In this document: piece by piece, positions 1 to 9,849 of the stretch
Position numbering within the stretch: position 1 is the first letter of the stretch
Layout of the letters: every line of letters starts with the position of its first letter
Source of the DNA: Candidatus Poribacteria bacterium
GTDB taxonomy: Bacteria > Poribacteria > WGA-4E > WGA-3G
Direction: 5' to 3'
Length of the DNA: 64,000 nt
Assembly: GCA_965215265.1 (NCBI GenBank)
Contig: OZ244048.1
Span: forward strand, 576,001 to 640,000
Made by a program: the position numbers and the translations under genes
The notes under the pieces: generated by a model
Database searches by the model: none
What the model was told of the DNA's origin: nothing
The model's input: the letters and a program-made list of their open reading frames with translations, nothing else

Positions 1-450
1 TGCTGCGCGTTCGCCTTGATATGCAAGCCATATCGCGTGTGTTGTTGCCCGCGCCCCCTTTATGCCTTCCGGATGGTTGTGACTAATAACGGTTACTTGG
101 TCGGCAGCATTGAGGGCTGCATCCAGGTCTTCGCGATTCAAAAACGCCGCAGGTGAGACGCGCATAGCTGCACCGTTGCGGAAAGTGCAGTTCGGTGCAG
201 CTTTTTCAAAACGGATCCACTTCGTAAATATCTGGCTGAAACCACAGCCGAGATACCGGTGGCCCCATGCACGCATCGTTTCTGCCGGTGGTAAACCGTG
301 CAGCAGAATATCCGCTACAGCCGCAGTGCAAACCGAATCGTCTGTAAAACGGCAACTTTCGCTGAAGAATGGAAAATCTTTAGTTTTAATCCGCTTATCC
401 TTCGGTTCGTAGATAGAGCCGGCAATGTCGCCAATAATTGCACCTAACAT
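1..450 (-). CDS. ADP-ribosylglycohydrolase family protein (partial, runs off window start)
   Basis: Manual translation from ATG at 450: MLGAIIGDIAGSIYE...FTDDSVCTAAVA, the GD..G and TDD motifs of DraG/ARH enzymes. Confidence 0.85.
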   Translation of the reverse strand, partial: MLGAIIGDIAGSIYEPKDKRIKTKDFPFFSESCRFTDDSVCTAAVADILLHGLPPAETMRAWGHRYLGCGFSQIFTKWIRFEKAAPNCTFRNGAAMRVSPAAFLNREDLDAALNAADQVTVISHNHPEGIKGARATTHAIWLAYQGERAA

Positions 451-561
451 AGTTTTTTGAAAAAAAGAGGAGAAGGGTAGGTTAAACCTGCCTTCTGTTT
501 CAAGGTTAAGAGAAATGGCGAGGGACATAGACCTCGCCATATAATACAAGCGTCTGCAGTG

Positions 562-1398
562 CTATTTCAAAGTCCGTTGTGCTTTGATGTCTGCCCAGGT
601 GGTTGTGAATTTATCTTGTGGTTCAACGCTCGTCACGACTGCGGCATACTCTGTGAAATCGGATTGGTCAAAAGCGGAACCGTAGACAACGACTTCATCT
701 ATCATACCACCGAAGTAGTGAATATCTGTGCCTTCACCATCTTCATCGTGGAAGACTGCGTTGGCATTGACGTGCGCGATACCGATATCGTCTCCGTGGC
801 CATAGAGTCCCCCACCTTCTTCACTAGCAATCAGTTCACCATCTAACCACATCTCAAATTTTCCGGGCTCGACAGCTGCACCGCCTTCACGGATAACCAG
901 GCCGACGTGATACCACCGATTTGACTCTATTGGAGCAGAGGGCCACGCCCCATTCCAATTGTATTCGGCGCGGTTCCATCCGGCGACGTAGACTTCACCA
1001 TCAAATACATTGATGACGAGCCCACGTGTACGTCCACCTTCTTCATAAATTGTCTGCTTCTGCTCGGTGATGTTTACATCGGTGCAGTTAAAGTAAAGAG
1101 CGACTGTCCGATTGCTGTAGTATTCAGGTTGTGGAATTGTATTAATGCCGATGGAATCGGGGAGTTTTATCCCATCATCGTCTCCGTCAAACAGTAACGC
1201 TGTGCCGACCACACCGTCAACGATTTCTGGGTCGCCGACGATAGTTCCGTCCAAACTCTTTCCGGAGGTATCTGCGGCATCTCCATTATCAAAATTCCAA
1301 ACGCCTTCTACTGTCGTTTCATCTTTTGCTGCAAAGGTTGCGACGGCGGTTAGCATTAGGAATACACTTAATATCGAAAAGGAACTCAATTTTACCAT
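562..1398 (-). CDS. Secreted LamG-like jellyroll domain protein
   Basis: Signal peptide (MVKLSSFSILSVFLMLTAVATFA), WNFD..GDAAD, ALLFDG, WYHV, FGGMIDEV motifs; C-terminal VEPQDKFTTTWADIK. Start moved from 1458 to ATG at 1398. Confidence 0.85.
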   Translation of the reverse strand: MVKLSSFSILSVFLMLTAVATFAAKDETTVEGVWNFDNGDAADTSGKSLDGTIVGDPEIVDGVVGTALLFDGDDDGIKLPDSIGINTIPQPEYYSNRTVALYFNCTDVNITEQKQTIYEEGGRTRGLVINVFDGEVYVAGWNRAEYNWNGAWPSAPIESNRWYHVGLVIREGGAAVEPGKFEMWLDGELIASEEGGGLYGHGDDIGIAHVNANAVFHDEDGEGTDIHYFGGMIDEVVVYGSAFDQSDFTEYAAVVTSVEPQDKFTTTWADIKAQRTLK

Positions 1399-1559
1399 TT
1401 GGCATATCTCCTTTATATGTTTTTTTTCTCTCTGCCCGCGGCGCTTCCTTTTTGACAAAGATGCTTGTCGAAACGGTACAGGCAGAGACTACATTATAAA
1501 TTTGCGATTAACGCAGCGGGTCAACGCGTGCTAAAACGGTTTTCAATGCACGGTTAAGG

Positions 1560-2381
1560 CTATCTTTCAATCCGTCGGTCTTTCAGGTTTGCCCACGTTG
1601 TCGTGAATTTGCCTTGAGGTTCTACGCTGAGCGGCTGCGCGAGTTTTGCAAAGTCAGCCTCGTCGAAAGCCGAACCGTAGACGATGACTTCGTCAATTAA
1701 ACCACCAAACCAATCAATGTCAGTTCCAGAGCCACCCTCATCGTGATAGACAGCGTTCTGGTTGGTGTGTCCGATACCAATATCATCGGAGTGTGCATGG
1801 AGTTGACCCCCTTTTTCTTGGGCGATCCGCTTTCCATCCAACCACATCTCAAATTTTTTGTTTTCTACCTTAGCGGCTGCATTGCGAATCACTAAACCGA
1901 CGTGATACCACCTCTTCGATTTAACATCTGCAGAAGGCCATTCACCGTTCCAGTTGTATTCGGCACGATTCCAGCCGCCGACGTAAACTTTCTTGTCGTG
2001 CACATAGATGACTAAACCACGTGTGCGTCCGCCTTCTTCATAGATCACCTGTTTCCGGTCCTTCACACCGACATCGTCGCAATAGAAGAGTGCTGCGACT
2101 GTTCGATCGGTGTAGGGACCGCTTGTATTGATATCGGCGGAGTCAGGGAGTTTTATACCGTCGTTGTCTCCGTTAAACTGCAACGCTTTCCCGGCGATAC
2201 CGTCAACCCCTTTCGGATTCCCAACAAAGTTCCCGTTGACTCCTTTTTTGGAATTGTCTTTCGCACTGCCGTCATTGAACGTCCAGTTTGCTGCAACTGT
2301 AGCTTCATCTCGCTGCGCTTCTGTTGAACTAATCGAGAATAACAGCGTAGCACAACACGTAAAAATTAACACTCGAACCAC
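1560..2381 (-). CDS. Secreted LamG-like jellyroll domain protein (tandem paralog)
   Basis: Highly similar to 562..1398 (shared IYEEGGRTRGLVI, GWNRAEYNWNG); signal peptide; C-terminal VEPQGKFTTTWANLK. Confidence 0.85.
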   Translation of the reverse strand: MVRVLIFTCCATLLFSISSTEAQRDEATVAANWTFNDGSAKDNSKKGVNGNFVGNPKGVDGIAGKALQFNGDNDGIKLPDSADINTSGPYTDRTVAALFYCDDVGVKDRKQVIYEEGGRTRGLVIYVHDKKVYVGGWNRAEYNWNGEWPSADVKSKRWYHVGLVIRNAAAKVENKKFEMWLDGKRIAQEKGGQLHAHSDDIGIGHTNQNAVYHDEGGSGTDIDWFGGLIDEVIVYGSAFDEADFAKLAQPLSVEPQGKFTTTWANLKDRRIER

Positions 2382-2622
2382 TTTTATCCCTCCTTATCAA
2401 TCTCCTTTTTCAGATATAGGGGTTAAATTTTTTTCGACACGAGCGTATGTCGACTCTCAAAATTCTGAGTGATAATTTTTATTATTGCAAAATATGAAGA
2501 TTTTTTCAATAGAAAAATGTTTTTCTTCCACCACGGAAGGTTTTAAAACTGTTGGCGCGGACAGAAAACCGTATGTTAGGACAGATTTCGGTTTTCCGCT
2601 TCATGAGCCGACAAGTACTATT

Positions 2623-3036
2623 TTAGAGTGACAATTCATTGCCTTGCTGCGAAGAATCGGCTCGAAAACTGTAATAGCCGAGGAATGCGATGTCCCGCAG
2701 CCCACGGAACAGGAGGCGGCACACCCGGAAGCGGCTCCCCGCCCAGGTTTCGATGTAGTGCACGGCATCACGCGCGGAAAGCTGTGTAAAACGGCGCGGT
2801 TTTCCAATAAACAGAAGTGGACACCATTCAAAAACTTGTAGCCCGGAACGGAGTTGCGTTTGCAACGGTTTGGGCAGCCGCGACACGAAGGTGTCAATTG
2901 CAAGAAGCGGTTCATCTAATGCGGTGTCAGTAGGAATGCCAACCATATAGATAAACACAGATTTGAGGATGCAGCGTTCCGCTTGCGTGAAGAACGTTTT
3001 ATCATTTAACGCTGTTTTGAGCATCGTCTTGTTCAC
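2623..3036 (-). CDS. Hypothetical protein, possibly gluconate-2-dehydrogenase subunit 3-like
   Basis: 137-aa ORF overlapping the upstream gene; RFTQLS...LGYYS pattern resembles that family. Confidence 0.45.
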   Translation of the reverse strand: MNKTMLKTALNDKTFFTQAERCILKSVFIYMVGIPTDTALDEPLLAIDTFVSRLPKPLQTQLRSGLQVFEWCPLLFIGKPRRFTQLSARDAVHYIETWAGSRFRVCRLLFRGLRDIAFLGYYSFRADSSQQGNELSL

Positions 3037-3970
3037 GTTGTTGCGAGAGAGATTCGCACAGTTCTCTTGCTTCTACAACCTGTTCTGCTTCACCGTGTTG
3101 AATTTCCAAAACTTTTAGAACATCAGAGGGGAACTGCATGAACACCTCATCCCAATCCATGTCGCCGGTCCCTGGCGGATGGTACGCCTCAAGTCCTTGC
3201 ATATCGTGGAGGTTTACACCGATGAGATGTTCTGTGTAAGCCATTAACCACTTTTCTGCCTGGCACAACCCGAGTCGTTCCTGAAGTGCTGCGTGTGCAA
3301 CATCGTGCCAATAGCGCATAGGGCTGCCGTAGAATTCCTCAAAGAGCAAGCCGACTTCGTCAAAATTCGGAATCTGATAATAGTGTGGGCGGTTCTCAAT
3401 CGCGAGATGGAGCTCCATCCGCAAGGCGCGTTCATTCAATTCATCAAGGCTTCGGAGGACAGCATCATGGTGTTTTGCCTCTTTGCGCTTGCGCCACTCA
3501 GTGGCTTCTGTGACTTTCTGGCTGAAAGCTTCAAACTCGCGTTCGCCATACGTGTAAAGGGCTACCATTAGGTGTGACCTATCGTAGGTATCTACTTCAC
3601 CGAGGTGCAGCACCACCGTTGAGATTTCCAATTCACTCGCGAGTTCCATCGTTCGCACGGTTCTGCGTACCGCTTCCTTTCGTTCGTCAGTGTCAAGACT
3701 GGCAAGTTGAACGGCATCAGTTCCCGTCTTTATGAACCGGGCTTTGCTCTGGAATCCCCTTGTCGGATCGTACTGTGGACAGAAATTATGGATGGAACAA
3801 GGCAACCCCACAGTATTGTCGCGTAATAACGGCTTGAGCTGCTCAATCTGATCTGCGGTAAGGTGTCTACTGAGTTCAATGCTCGCAAAACCGAGGGCTT
3901 TTAGTTCATCAAACAGCACGGCACCATCAGGCTGTTTCAACGCATTCCACATTGTTGAAATTGCTAACAT
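3002..3970 (-). CDS. Sugar phosphate isomerase/epimerase (AP endonuclease 2 TIM barrel)
   Basis: SIHN, VVLH, AIEN, WHDVAH, LHD, PGTGDMDW, VLE motifs. Confidence 0.8.
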   Translation of the reverse strand: MLAISTMWNALKQPDGAVLFDELKALGFASIELSRHLTADQIEQLKPLLRDNTVGLPCSIHNFCPQYDPTRGFQSKARFIKTGTDAVQLASLDTDERKEAVRRTVRTMELASELEISTVVLHLGEVDTYDRSHLMVALYTYGEREFEAFSQKVTEATEWRKRKEAKHHDAVLRSLDELNERALRMELHLAIENRPHYYQIPNFDEVGLLFEEFYGSPMRYWHDVAHAALQERLGLCQAEKWLMAYTEHLIGVNLHDMQGLEAYHPPGTGDMDWDEVFMQFPSDVLKVLEIQHGEAEQVVEARELCESLSQQREQDDAQNSVK

Positions 3971-4587
3971 TTTTCTGCTTCACTGTCCTGAATGATAACT
4001 TTTCTACCTTCGACCTTTAGTTGGCCTTGCGCGTACCACCTAATAACTTGTGGATAGAGTTTATGTTCTTCAATCTGAATCCGGGCGTGCAAACTTTCTT
4101 CATCGTCTGTGTCCAAAACTGGGACAACCGCTTGTGCAATAATAGGACCTGAGTCAACTTCTTCATCAACGAAGTGGACGGTAACACCGGTCACTTTAAC
4201 CCCATACGCCAACGTATCGGCGACTGGCTGTGCGCCCGGAAACGCTGGCAGGAGCGTCGGATGCACGTTAATAATTCGGTTCTGGTACCTCCGGACAAAC
4301 GGAGGTTGAAACAGTTTCATAAAACCTGCAAGTACTATCAGTTCCGCAGCATAACGCTCAATCTGCTTTGAAATCTCCGCGTCAAAATCGGTTCGATTGT
4401 CAAAATCTCGGGTTCTGACAACTTGTGTTGGAATGCCGGCGGCTTTCGCCCGCGTGAGTGCATACGCCTTTTCCCGGTCGCTAATCACAACAGCGATTTT
4501 GATGCTACAAGTTTCGTCTCCATGTAATTTTTCTATCAGTGTCTGCAGATTGGTACCGCTTCCTGAAACAAGAACTGCTATTTTCAT
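3964..4587 (-). CDS. purN: Phosphoribosylglycinamide formyltransferase
   Basis: VSGSGTNLQ, LAGFM, INVHPTLLPAFPG, GVTVHFV..EVDSGPII. Confidence 0.97.
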   Translation of the reverse strand: MKIAVLVSGSGTNLQTLIEKLHGDETCSIKIAVVISDREKAYALTRAKAAGIPTQVVRTRDFDNRTDFDAEISKQIERYAAELIVLAGFMKLFQPPFVRRYQNRIINVHPTLLPAFPGAQPVADTLAYGVKVTGVTVHFVDEEVDSGPIIAQAVVPVLDTDDEESLHARIQIEEHKLYPQVIRWYAQGQLKVEGRKVIIQDSEAEKC

Positions 4588-4643
4588 ATCTCATCGGATT
4601 AAAACACGGTTTATCGCTTAGATCGACAAAAAACTCTATTTCT

Positions 4644-6524
4644 TTACCAATATGAATTATTTGAGGTGTGGCCCCCTGGGATGGGTATCCATACGCCGCC
4701 GGTTCTCACAGCTACCTCATGTTGGAAATCGTCGTAAGTGCCAATAACGCTGACTATAGCGTGTTTGCCTTGCAAAAGTTGGATAGTGGCTAACGCTGAG
4801 TACTTGCCCTTAGCAGGTTCATCCGTAACCAAAATCAGATAAAGTTGTGCGTTTGTCCGTAATTTGACCCGCCGCAGTCCTTCCTCAATGGCATCTAACA
4901 GCGTTTCATCCTCTTGGTACGGCAGAGCTGCGATTTTCTGAATCTGCACCAGCGTTTGCGGTGGACTGAAAACGTTTACCATATTTACGGAGGCACGCGT
5001 ACGGAAACGCACCACGCCGATTTCGTAATCAATGAATGCGTTATCCCAATTTCGAAGCATCAACTCGAATTGCTTCAGAAGGTTAGGCAATTTATCCTCC
5101 ATGCTTTTGCTACTATCAATGAACAAGATAATATCAACCGGAGTGTGGCTGTGTTTTTGAAGCAGATGATCTCCAATCTTTTCGACGTTTGTCCATTCTG
5201 CAAGGCGTAATGTCTGTGCCATAGCCCGCGGTGTCGTAGCGGTGTTGAGATGCATAAGAGGCGGGGCATCTTCAGGAATAACGTGCCATTTACCTCCGGT
5301 TTGTGTTGCCAGTGCCTGATGCTCAGCTGTAGGAAGCCCGAGGACGTTGACATAGATACCGAATTCACGGCAGTAGGCGATAGCATCACTCACCGTCAGT
5401 CCCTCAAGGCTTGTGAACGGTTCATCTGTCACGAGAATAAAATGTCTTTTGGAGGTAGGACGAAATTGGAGCTCCTTCACCGTCTGGACAATTGCATCGA
5501 GCGCGTTTTCGTCTTGATGCGGCATGATTGTTCGGATGGCCCGTTTATAGACTGAAAGATTTTTTGTCAACTGCAGCACGTTAATTGTGTTTTTCTTCTC
5601 CTTCGGATCTCCCCAGAATTCTGTCAAACCGAGCGCGTAATCAATTTTAGAGGAACGGTATACGTCAATCATCTCTGTCAAATGTTCTGCAACTGCTTTG
5701 ATATTATTCCTCATACTCCCACTCGCATCAATTACAAACACGACATCAATTGGACCGCCCTCACTCGTGTCAACAATCTGCTGAGCAAGCCCTTTCATCA
5801 GTTTGTTAAATCGATTCTGGGAAATAACGGCCGGCTTTTTTCTGTCAAATGCAAAATCGCTATCACCCTCTACCTCTGTGATATCGAGGAGCCTAGTGGT
5901 CCCTTCTTGTCCATGGTCTCGCAGTGGCGCGCGTTGAATACCTAACTTCCCACTTCGTTTTGAACCAAATGAACCTGTTCCTGAAACACCAGCTACTTCC
6001 GTTGTAGAGAGCTCTTGGGCCAAGTTCCGAAGAGCACGAGACGTTGTACTTACCTCGGATGGAACCTCCGGTTCAAGAGGGGCTTGCTTAAGACGTGGTT
6101 CAGTGCGATTTACTAGAGGGACTGACCTGATACTCGGTTGAATGCCTATTTCCGGCGTGATACTTTCAACCTTTGCGATAGGTACGTTTGCAGAAACATC
6201 ACGCGGTGTCTCATGAAAACGAAGTATGCTCTTTTTCGGACGCGATTTTGGTTCCTTCAAGACCTTCCCTACTGCAATCAGTTCTGCCTCTATGCTCACT
6301 GTGTTTGATGATATTGGCTTCTTCTGCACTACGACGTAAAATGTCAGGACGAAAAATACGAGGTGTAATATTAACGATATAAATAAAGCACTACTAGTTA
6401 TAGATTTTAGTCTCGCTTCCGTAAAAACCTGATTGTTTCGTTTTCGCGGTAGGCGCGACTTCAGGTTGTGAGCTCTAACATTTTTTCTATTCAAACTTCT
6501 TAAACGAACGTTTGGGTTCTTCAT
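4644..6524 (-). CDS. Membrane-anchored protein with two vWA domains
   Basis: N-terminal TM (ISLILHLVFF); two MIDAS motifs DASGSM and DSSKSM, each followed by ILVTDEP. Confidence 0.85.
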   Translation of the reverse strand: MKNPNVRLRSLNRKNVRAHNLKSRLPRKRNNQVFTEARLKSITSSALFISLILHLVFFVLTFYVVVQKKPISSNTVSIEAELIAVGKVLKEPKSRPKKSILRFHETPRDVSANVPIAKVESITPEIGIQPSIRSVPLVNRTEPRLKQAPLEPEVPSEVSTTSRALRNLAQELSTTEVAGVSGTGSFGSKRSGKLGIQRAPLRDHGQEGTTRLLDITEVEGDSDFAFDRKKPAVISQNRFNKLMKGLAQQIVDTSEGGPIDVVFVIDASGSMRNNIKAVAEHLTEMIDVYRSSKIDYALGLTEFWGDPKEKKNTINVLQLTKNLSVYKRAIRTIMPHQDENALDAIVQTVKELQFRPTSKRHFILVTDEPFTSLEGLTVSDAIAYCREFGIYVNVLGLPTAEHQALATQTGGKWHVIPEDAPPLMHLNTATTPRAMAQTLRLAEWTNVEKIGDHLLQKHSHTPVDIILFIDSSKSMEDKLPNLLKQFELMLRNWDNAFIDYEIGVVRFRTRASVNMVNVFSPPQTLVQIQKIAALPYQEDETLLDAIEEGLRRVKLRTNAQLYLILVTDEPAKGKYSALATIQLLQGKHAIVSVIGTYDDFQHEVAVRTGGVWIPIPGGHTSNNSYW

Positions 6525-7227
6525 GCCGAATTACCTCAAATGAGATTAACTTTTCGCTGGACAGCGGATACGTTTTTTTCAACGTGTGCTGAGAAAAATC
6601 TGCGCTCTGGTTTCCGCGCGGTGCGTAAAGCGTTACACCGACCATGCTAAAAACAGCGAAGGTCAGCACAAACGTGTAAATCGGACTGTGTGTTTGAATA
6701 TTCTGTCTTATCCATCCGAACAGTGGTTCTAAAAGCCGCGGATTCTTGTGTTTTTTATACCTCTCAGTATCGGAATGTGTATGCAAGTCGAAATCTTGTC
6801 TTTCAGGAGACTTGCGAAGAGGCCACCAAGACAGACAGGACTGCTGCTGTACATTCATTGCTTGTGCTTTTGCGATTACTCCTGCTACGAAGCCATTGGA
6901 TGCTTTAACCGGCTCCACGTGGCGAAGAAACAGGTCTGTCTCTTCCAGCCTTAATACGTGAGACGCGCAGCTCGGACATCGTTTCAGGTGTTGCCGGATG
7001 AGAATCCCTTTCCATGTTGGCAATTCCTTGTCGATATAGGCGGACAGTTCAATAGAGATTCTTTCTGGGAGTGTCAACTTCTCCGAACAATTCCCGACAA
7101 GCACTTGTAGTTTCTTACAAGAAAACGTGGGTGGATGGTTTCTCACTTGCCGCTGTGCATGTTTTGGTAGAAGCGATCGGCTCGCCTGGTCCTTGTCTTT
7201 ATAGTTTTTCATCGGTTTTTTCCCCAA
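6487..7227 (-). CDS. Anti-sigma factor (zf-HC2)
   Basis: LSAYIDKEL...HLKRCPSC HxxxCxxC motif plus a C-terminal TM; follows an ECF sigma. True start may be slightly downstream. Confidence 0.85.
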   Translation of the reverse strand: MGKKPMKNYKDKDQASRSLLPKHAQRQVRNHPPTFSCKKLQVLVGNCSEKLTLPERISIELSAYIDKELPTWKGILIRQHLKRCPSCASHVLRLEETDLFLRHVEPVKASNGFVAGVIAKAQAMNVQQQSCLSWWPLRKSPERQDFDLHTHSDTERYKKHKNPRLLEPLFGWIRQNIQTHSPIYTFVLTFAVFSMVGVTLYAPRGNQSADFSQHTLKKTYPLSSEKLISFEVIRHEEPKRSFKKFE

Positions 7228-7807
7228 ATCCGGCTTTAATAAGCAATTTTTTCATTCTTTGGCGTGCTCGGTGAATCAGTGCTTTCACTGCACCAACGGA
7301 GCAATTCAAAATTTCAGCAACCTCTTCATAACGTAAGTCTTGATATGTGACGAGCGTTAGCGCGAGACGTTGATTTTCCGGGAGCTGCTCGAGTGCTTTT
7401 CGGACAATTTCGCGCTGCTCCTTTTTCTCGCACATCACATCCGGCAAGTAGCGTGTATCGTGCATGATGTCCGAGTGATACACATCCGTCTGTTCTTCTA
7501 CCATATCTTCAAAGAAATAGGTATTCCGGCGAGAGCGATTGCGAACCTCATTTTTACATAAATTGGTGGCGATCGTGTAAAGCCAACTTTTAAATGAGGC
7601 TGAAGGCCGGTACCGGTTCGCATTTTTGAAGACCCGGAGGAATGTCTCTTGGGAAAGGTCCTCGGCGCGATGATAATCGTTTATGGAGCGGTGAATGTAG
7701 TTGATTAGTGGATCTTGATACCGGTGAACCAGTAACTCAAATGCACTCATGTCGCCTTTCGCGCATTTTGCAATCAAATCTTCGTCTGAAACAAACATGA
7801 ATTCCAC
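7199..7807 (-). CDS. ECF RNA polymerase sigma factor
   Basis: AEDLSQETFLRVF, FKSWLYTIATN, YEEVAEILNCSVGAVKALIHRAR. Confidence 0.95.
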   Translation of the reverse strand: MEFMFVSDEDLIAKCAKGDMSAFELLVHRYQDPLINYIHRSINDYHRAEDLSQETFLRVFKNANRYRPSASFKSWLYTIATNLCKNEVRNRSRRNTYFFEDMVEEQTDVYHSDIMHDTRYLPDVMCEKKEQREIVRKALEQLPENQRLALTLVTYQDLRYEEVAEILNCSVGAVKALIHRARQRMKKLLIKAGFGEKTDEKL

Positions 7808-7894
7808 TCCTTTTGTGCGGAATCATCAAGTAACTCAGATAAAGGTATAGGCCCAAAAATCTCTGCCGGGTTACGCCACGGGGCGTTTCTGCCA

Positions 7895-8464
7895 CTATTT
7901 CTTTCCGGCTGTTAGTTTGAGTCGCATCGCTGCTTTGTAAGCGTCTACTGCCTCCCGTCGCTTCCCTTGAAACGTGTAAACCGCTGCTAGTTCAGAGTGC
8001 AACTCGGCGTTCTGAGGCATAAACTGGATCGCGCGCGTATAAACATCAACAGCTTCATCGTAGCGTTTCAGTAGTCGATACGTAGCAGCGAGGTTGAGAT
8101 GTACCATTACTTCACTCGGTTCACACGCAATCGCCATTTTGTAAGCATCTATGGCACTTTCATAGGCACCCAGCATAAAACGTGCTAATCCGAGATGAAA
8201 GTGTGCCTCTGCTGATTCATAGTTGTGTTGAAGGGCGGCTTTAAATTCTTCGATCGCCTTTGTATACTCCCTTGCGTTTAATGCATCCGCGCCCTGTTTC
8301 AAGTGCTTTGATACTGTCTGATGAATGTGAAGAGCTACGTATCCACGATGGATGTGTGCTTCTTGCTTCCGTTTTTCGGATACTGTCGGTTCGCCTTGCG
8401 TTCTTGCAACAGTAGTCGTCTGTGAACTGTGCCCTGAGTTTTGATTCTGATTTTCTTTTGACAT
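7895..8464 (-). CDS. TPR repeat protein
   Basis: About four TPR-like helical repeats (AHFHLGLA, VHLNLAATY, LHSELAAVY). Confidence 0.85.
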   Translation of the reverse strand: MSKENQNQNSGHSSQTTTVARTQGEPTVSEKRKQEAHIHRGYVALHIHQTVSKHLKQGADALNAREYTKAIEEFKAALQHNYESAEAHFHLGLARFMLGAYESAIDAYKMAIACEPSEVMVHLNLAATYRLLKRYDEAVDVYTRAIQFMPQNAELHSELAAVYTFQGKRREAVDAYKAAMRLKLTAGKK

Positions 8465-8488
8465 TTTTCACAAAGGTTTTAAAAATTG

Positions 8489-9391
8489 CTACGGGTATGC
8501 AACACGGAATCCGATGACGAATTCAGCGTATCCCGTGCTAAAAAAATCGTAACTGGTGCAGGTACTATAGTCGTGGTTGTAGTACCAGGCACCGCCGCAA
8601 GCCACCCGAAATTGCTCCTTATCATCATAAGGGGTGCCTGTCCATTCCCAGACATTGCCGAGCATGTCGTAGCAGCCGAAGGGACTGATACCGTCAGGAA
8701 ACGCGCCAACAGGAGTCGTCCCCCCGGCTCCAAGTTCTGCCGTGTTGCACCGCGGTTTGTCAATTTCATTGCCCCATGGAAACAGTCTATCATCATTCCC
8801 ACGTGCGGCGTACTGCCACTCTGGAAACGTGGGTAATCTACCACCGGCATAACGGGAATACATTTCCGCATTTTCGCATGTCACCCAAACAACCGGATGG
8901 TCACCCTTATTCTCCGGGTAGCTCCCATTAATCCAATCTGGAGGTGGTTCACTGCCAGTGTCCTGAACGAACTGATAGTAGTGCGCGTTCGTCACCGGAT
9001 AGACACTCATCTCAAATTTGTCAATCTCCAAAGGTGCACATTCTTCACCAATGCGTGCTGTTCCGCTAGGAATACGAACGGTTGCAGTTAGCACCTTCAG
9101 TGCTGCATTGCGAACCTGTTTATCCGGATGCCCAAGTGCGTAACCGAGCGGTGAGATAATTTCCCCAACCGGTGGCGTTGTCAAAATTGGCCTCTTCTCC
9201 CAACCGAGTTCCATGCTTAACAGTAGAAGCACCGCATCAGATAGCGATTCCTCAAAGTGCCACAACCAATAATCAGAGAGTAGTTGCTGCAACGCTTCTG
9301 TATCACCACGTTCAGTACGCGCAAGGCGGGATGCCTTTGCCTTTGAGATATTGAGAATATTTTGGCTTGGAATGTTATTCAAAACTGCCAT
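8489..9391 (-). CDS. Formylglycine-generating enzyme (FGE/SUMF1) domain protein
   Basis: PVTNAHY, HPVVWV, RLPTFPEWQYAARG, FPWG, DMLGNVWEW, GFRVA. Confidence 0.9.
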   Translation of the reverse strand: MAVLNNIPSQNILNISKAKASRLARTERGDTEALQQLLSDYWLWHFEESLSDAVLLLLSMELGWEKRPILTTPPVGEIISPLGYALGHPDKQVRNAALKVLTATVRIPSGTARIGEECAPLEIDKFEMSVYPVTNAHYYQFVQDTGSEPPPDWINGSYPENKGDHPVVWVTCENAEMYSRYAGGRLPTFPEWQYAARGNDDRLFPWGNEIDKPRCNTAELGAGGTTPVGAFPDGISPFGCYDMLGNVWEWTGTPYDDKEQFRVACGGAWYYNHDYSTCTSYDFFSTGYAEFVIGFRVAYP

Positions 9392-9440
9392 TTTATTATA
9401 TTATATCATAAAAAAAGAATTTTGTGCAAGGTATTTTTCT

Positions 9441-9777
9441 ATTGTCACTTACCCCTTTTTTTTGAGAGTAGTCTGTGTGTGATATTGTTAGGTTTATCTG
9501 TGAGAAAAGTGGCAGGATAAGTATTCTTTATTTCTCCTTTCAGGAGAGATAAGATTACCTTTTAACTGCCACCCACTAGGCAGTGCTGTTGTGCCAACTC
9601 AGAATGGTTTTTTCAAAACGAGATTTCTAAATCCGAAGCCACTCTTTATATCTCGGAAGCCTTGTTCAATCTGCATGCGTCTGAGGTATTTTATCATAAA
9701 CCCACTGCTTTCCTCACGCTTTTCCAAACAAAAACCTTTCACCACAAACCTTCAAAAAAAATGGGGTTAGTGACAAT
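9441..9777 (-). mobile_element. Internally deleted IS4-family element (MITE-like)
   Basis: 15-bp imperfect TIRs (attgtcacttacccc at 9441; ggggttagtgacaat ending at 9777); minus strand 9641-9688 encodes YLRRMQIEQGFRDIKS, the IS4 Y-R-E-K motif. Confidence 0.75.
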
Positions 9778-9849
9778 GTGGTGACAATGGGCTTGCGATG
9801 GATGAAAATGACATTCAGGCATCACTCGATAATTGAACGCAATTCGCTA

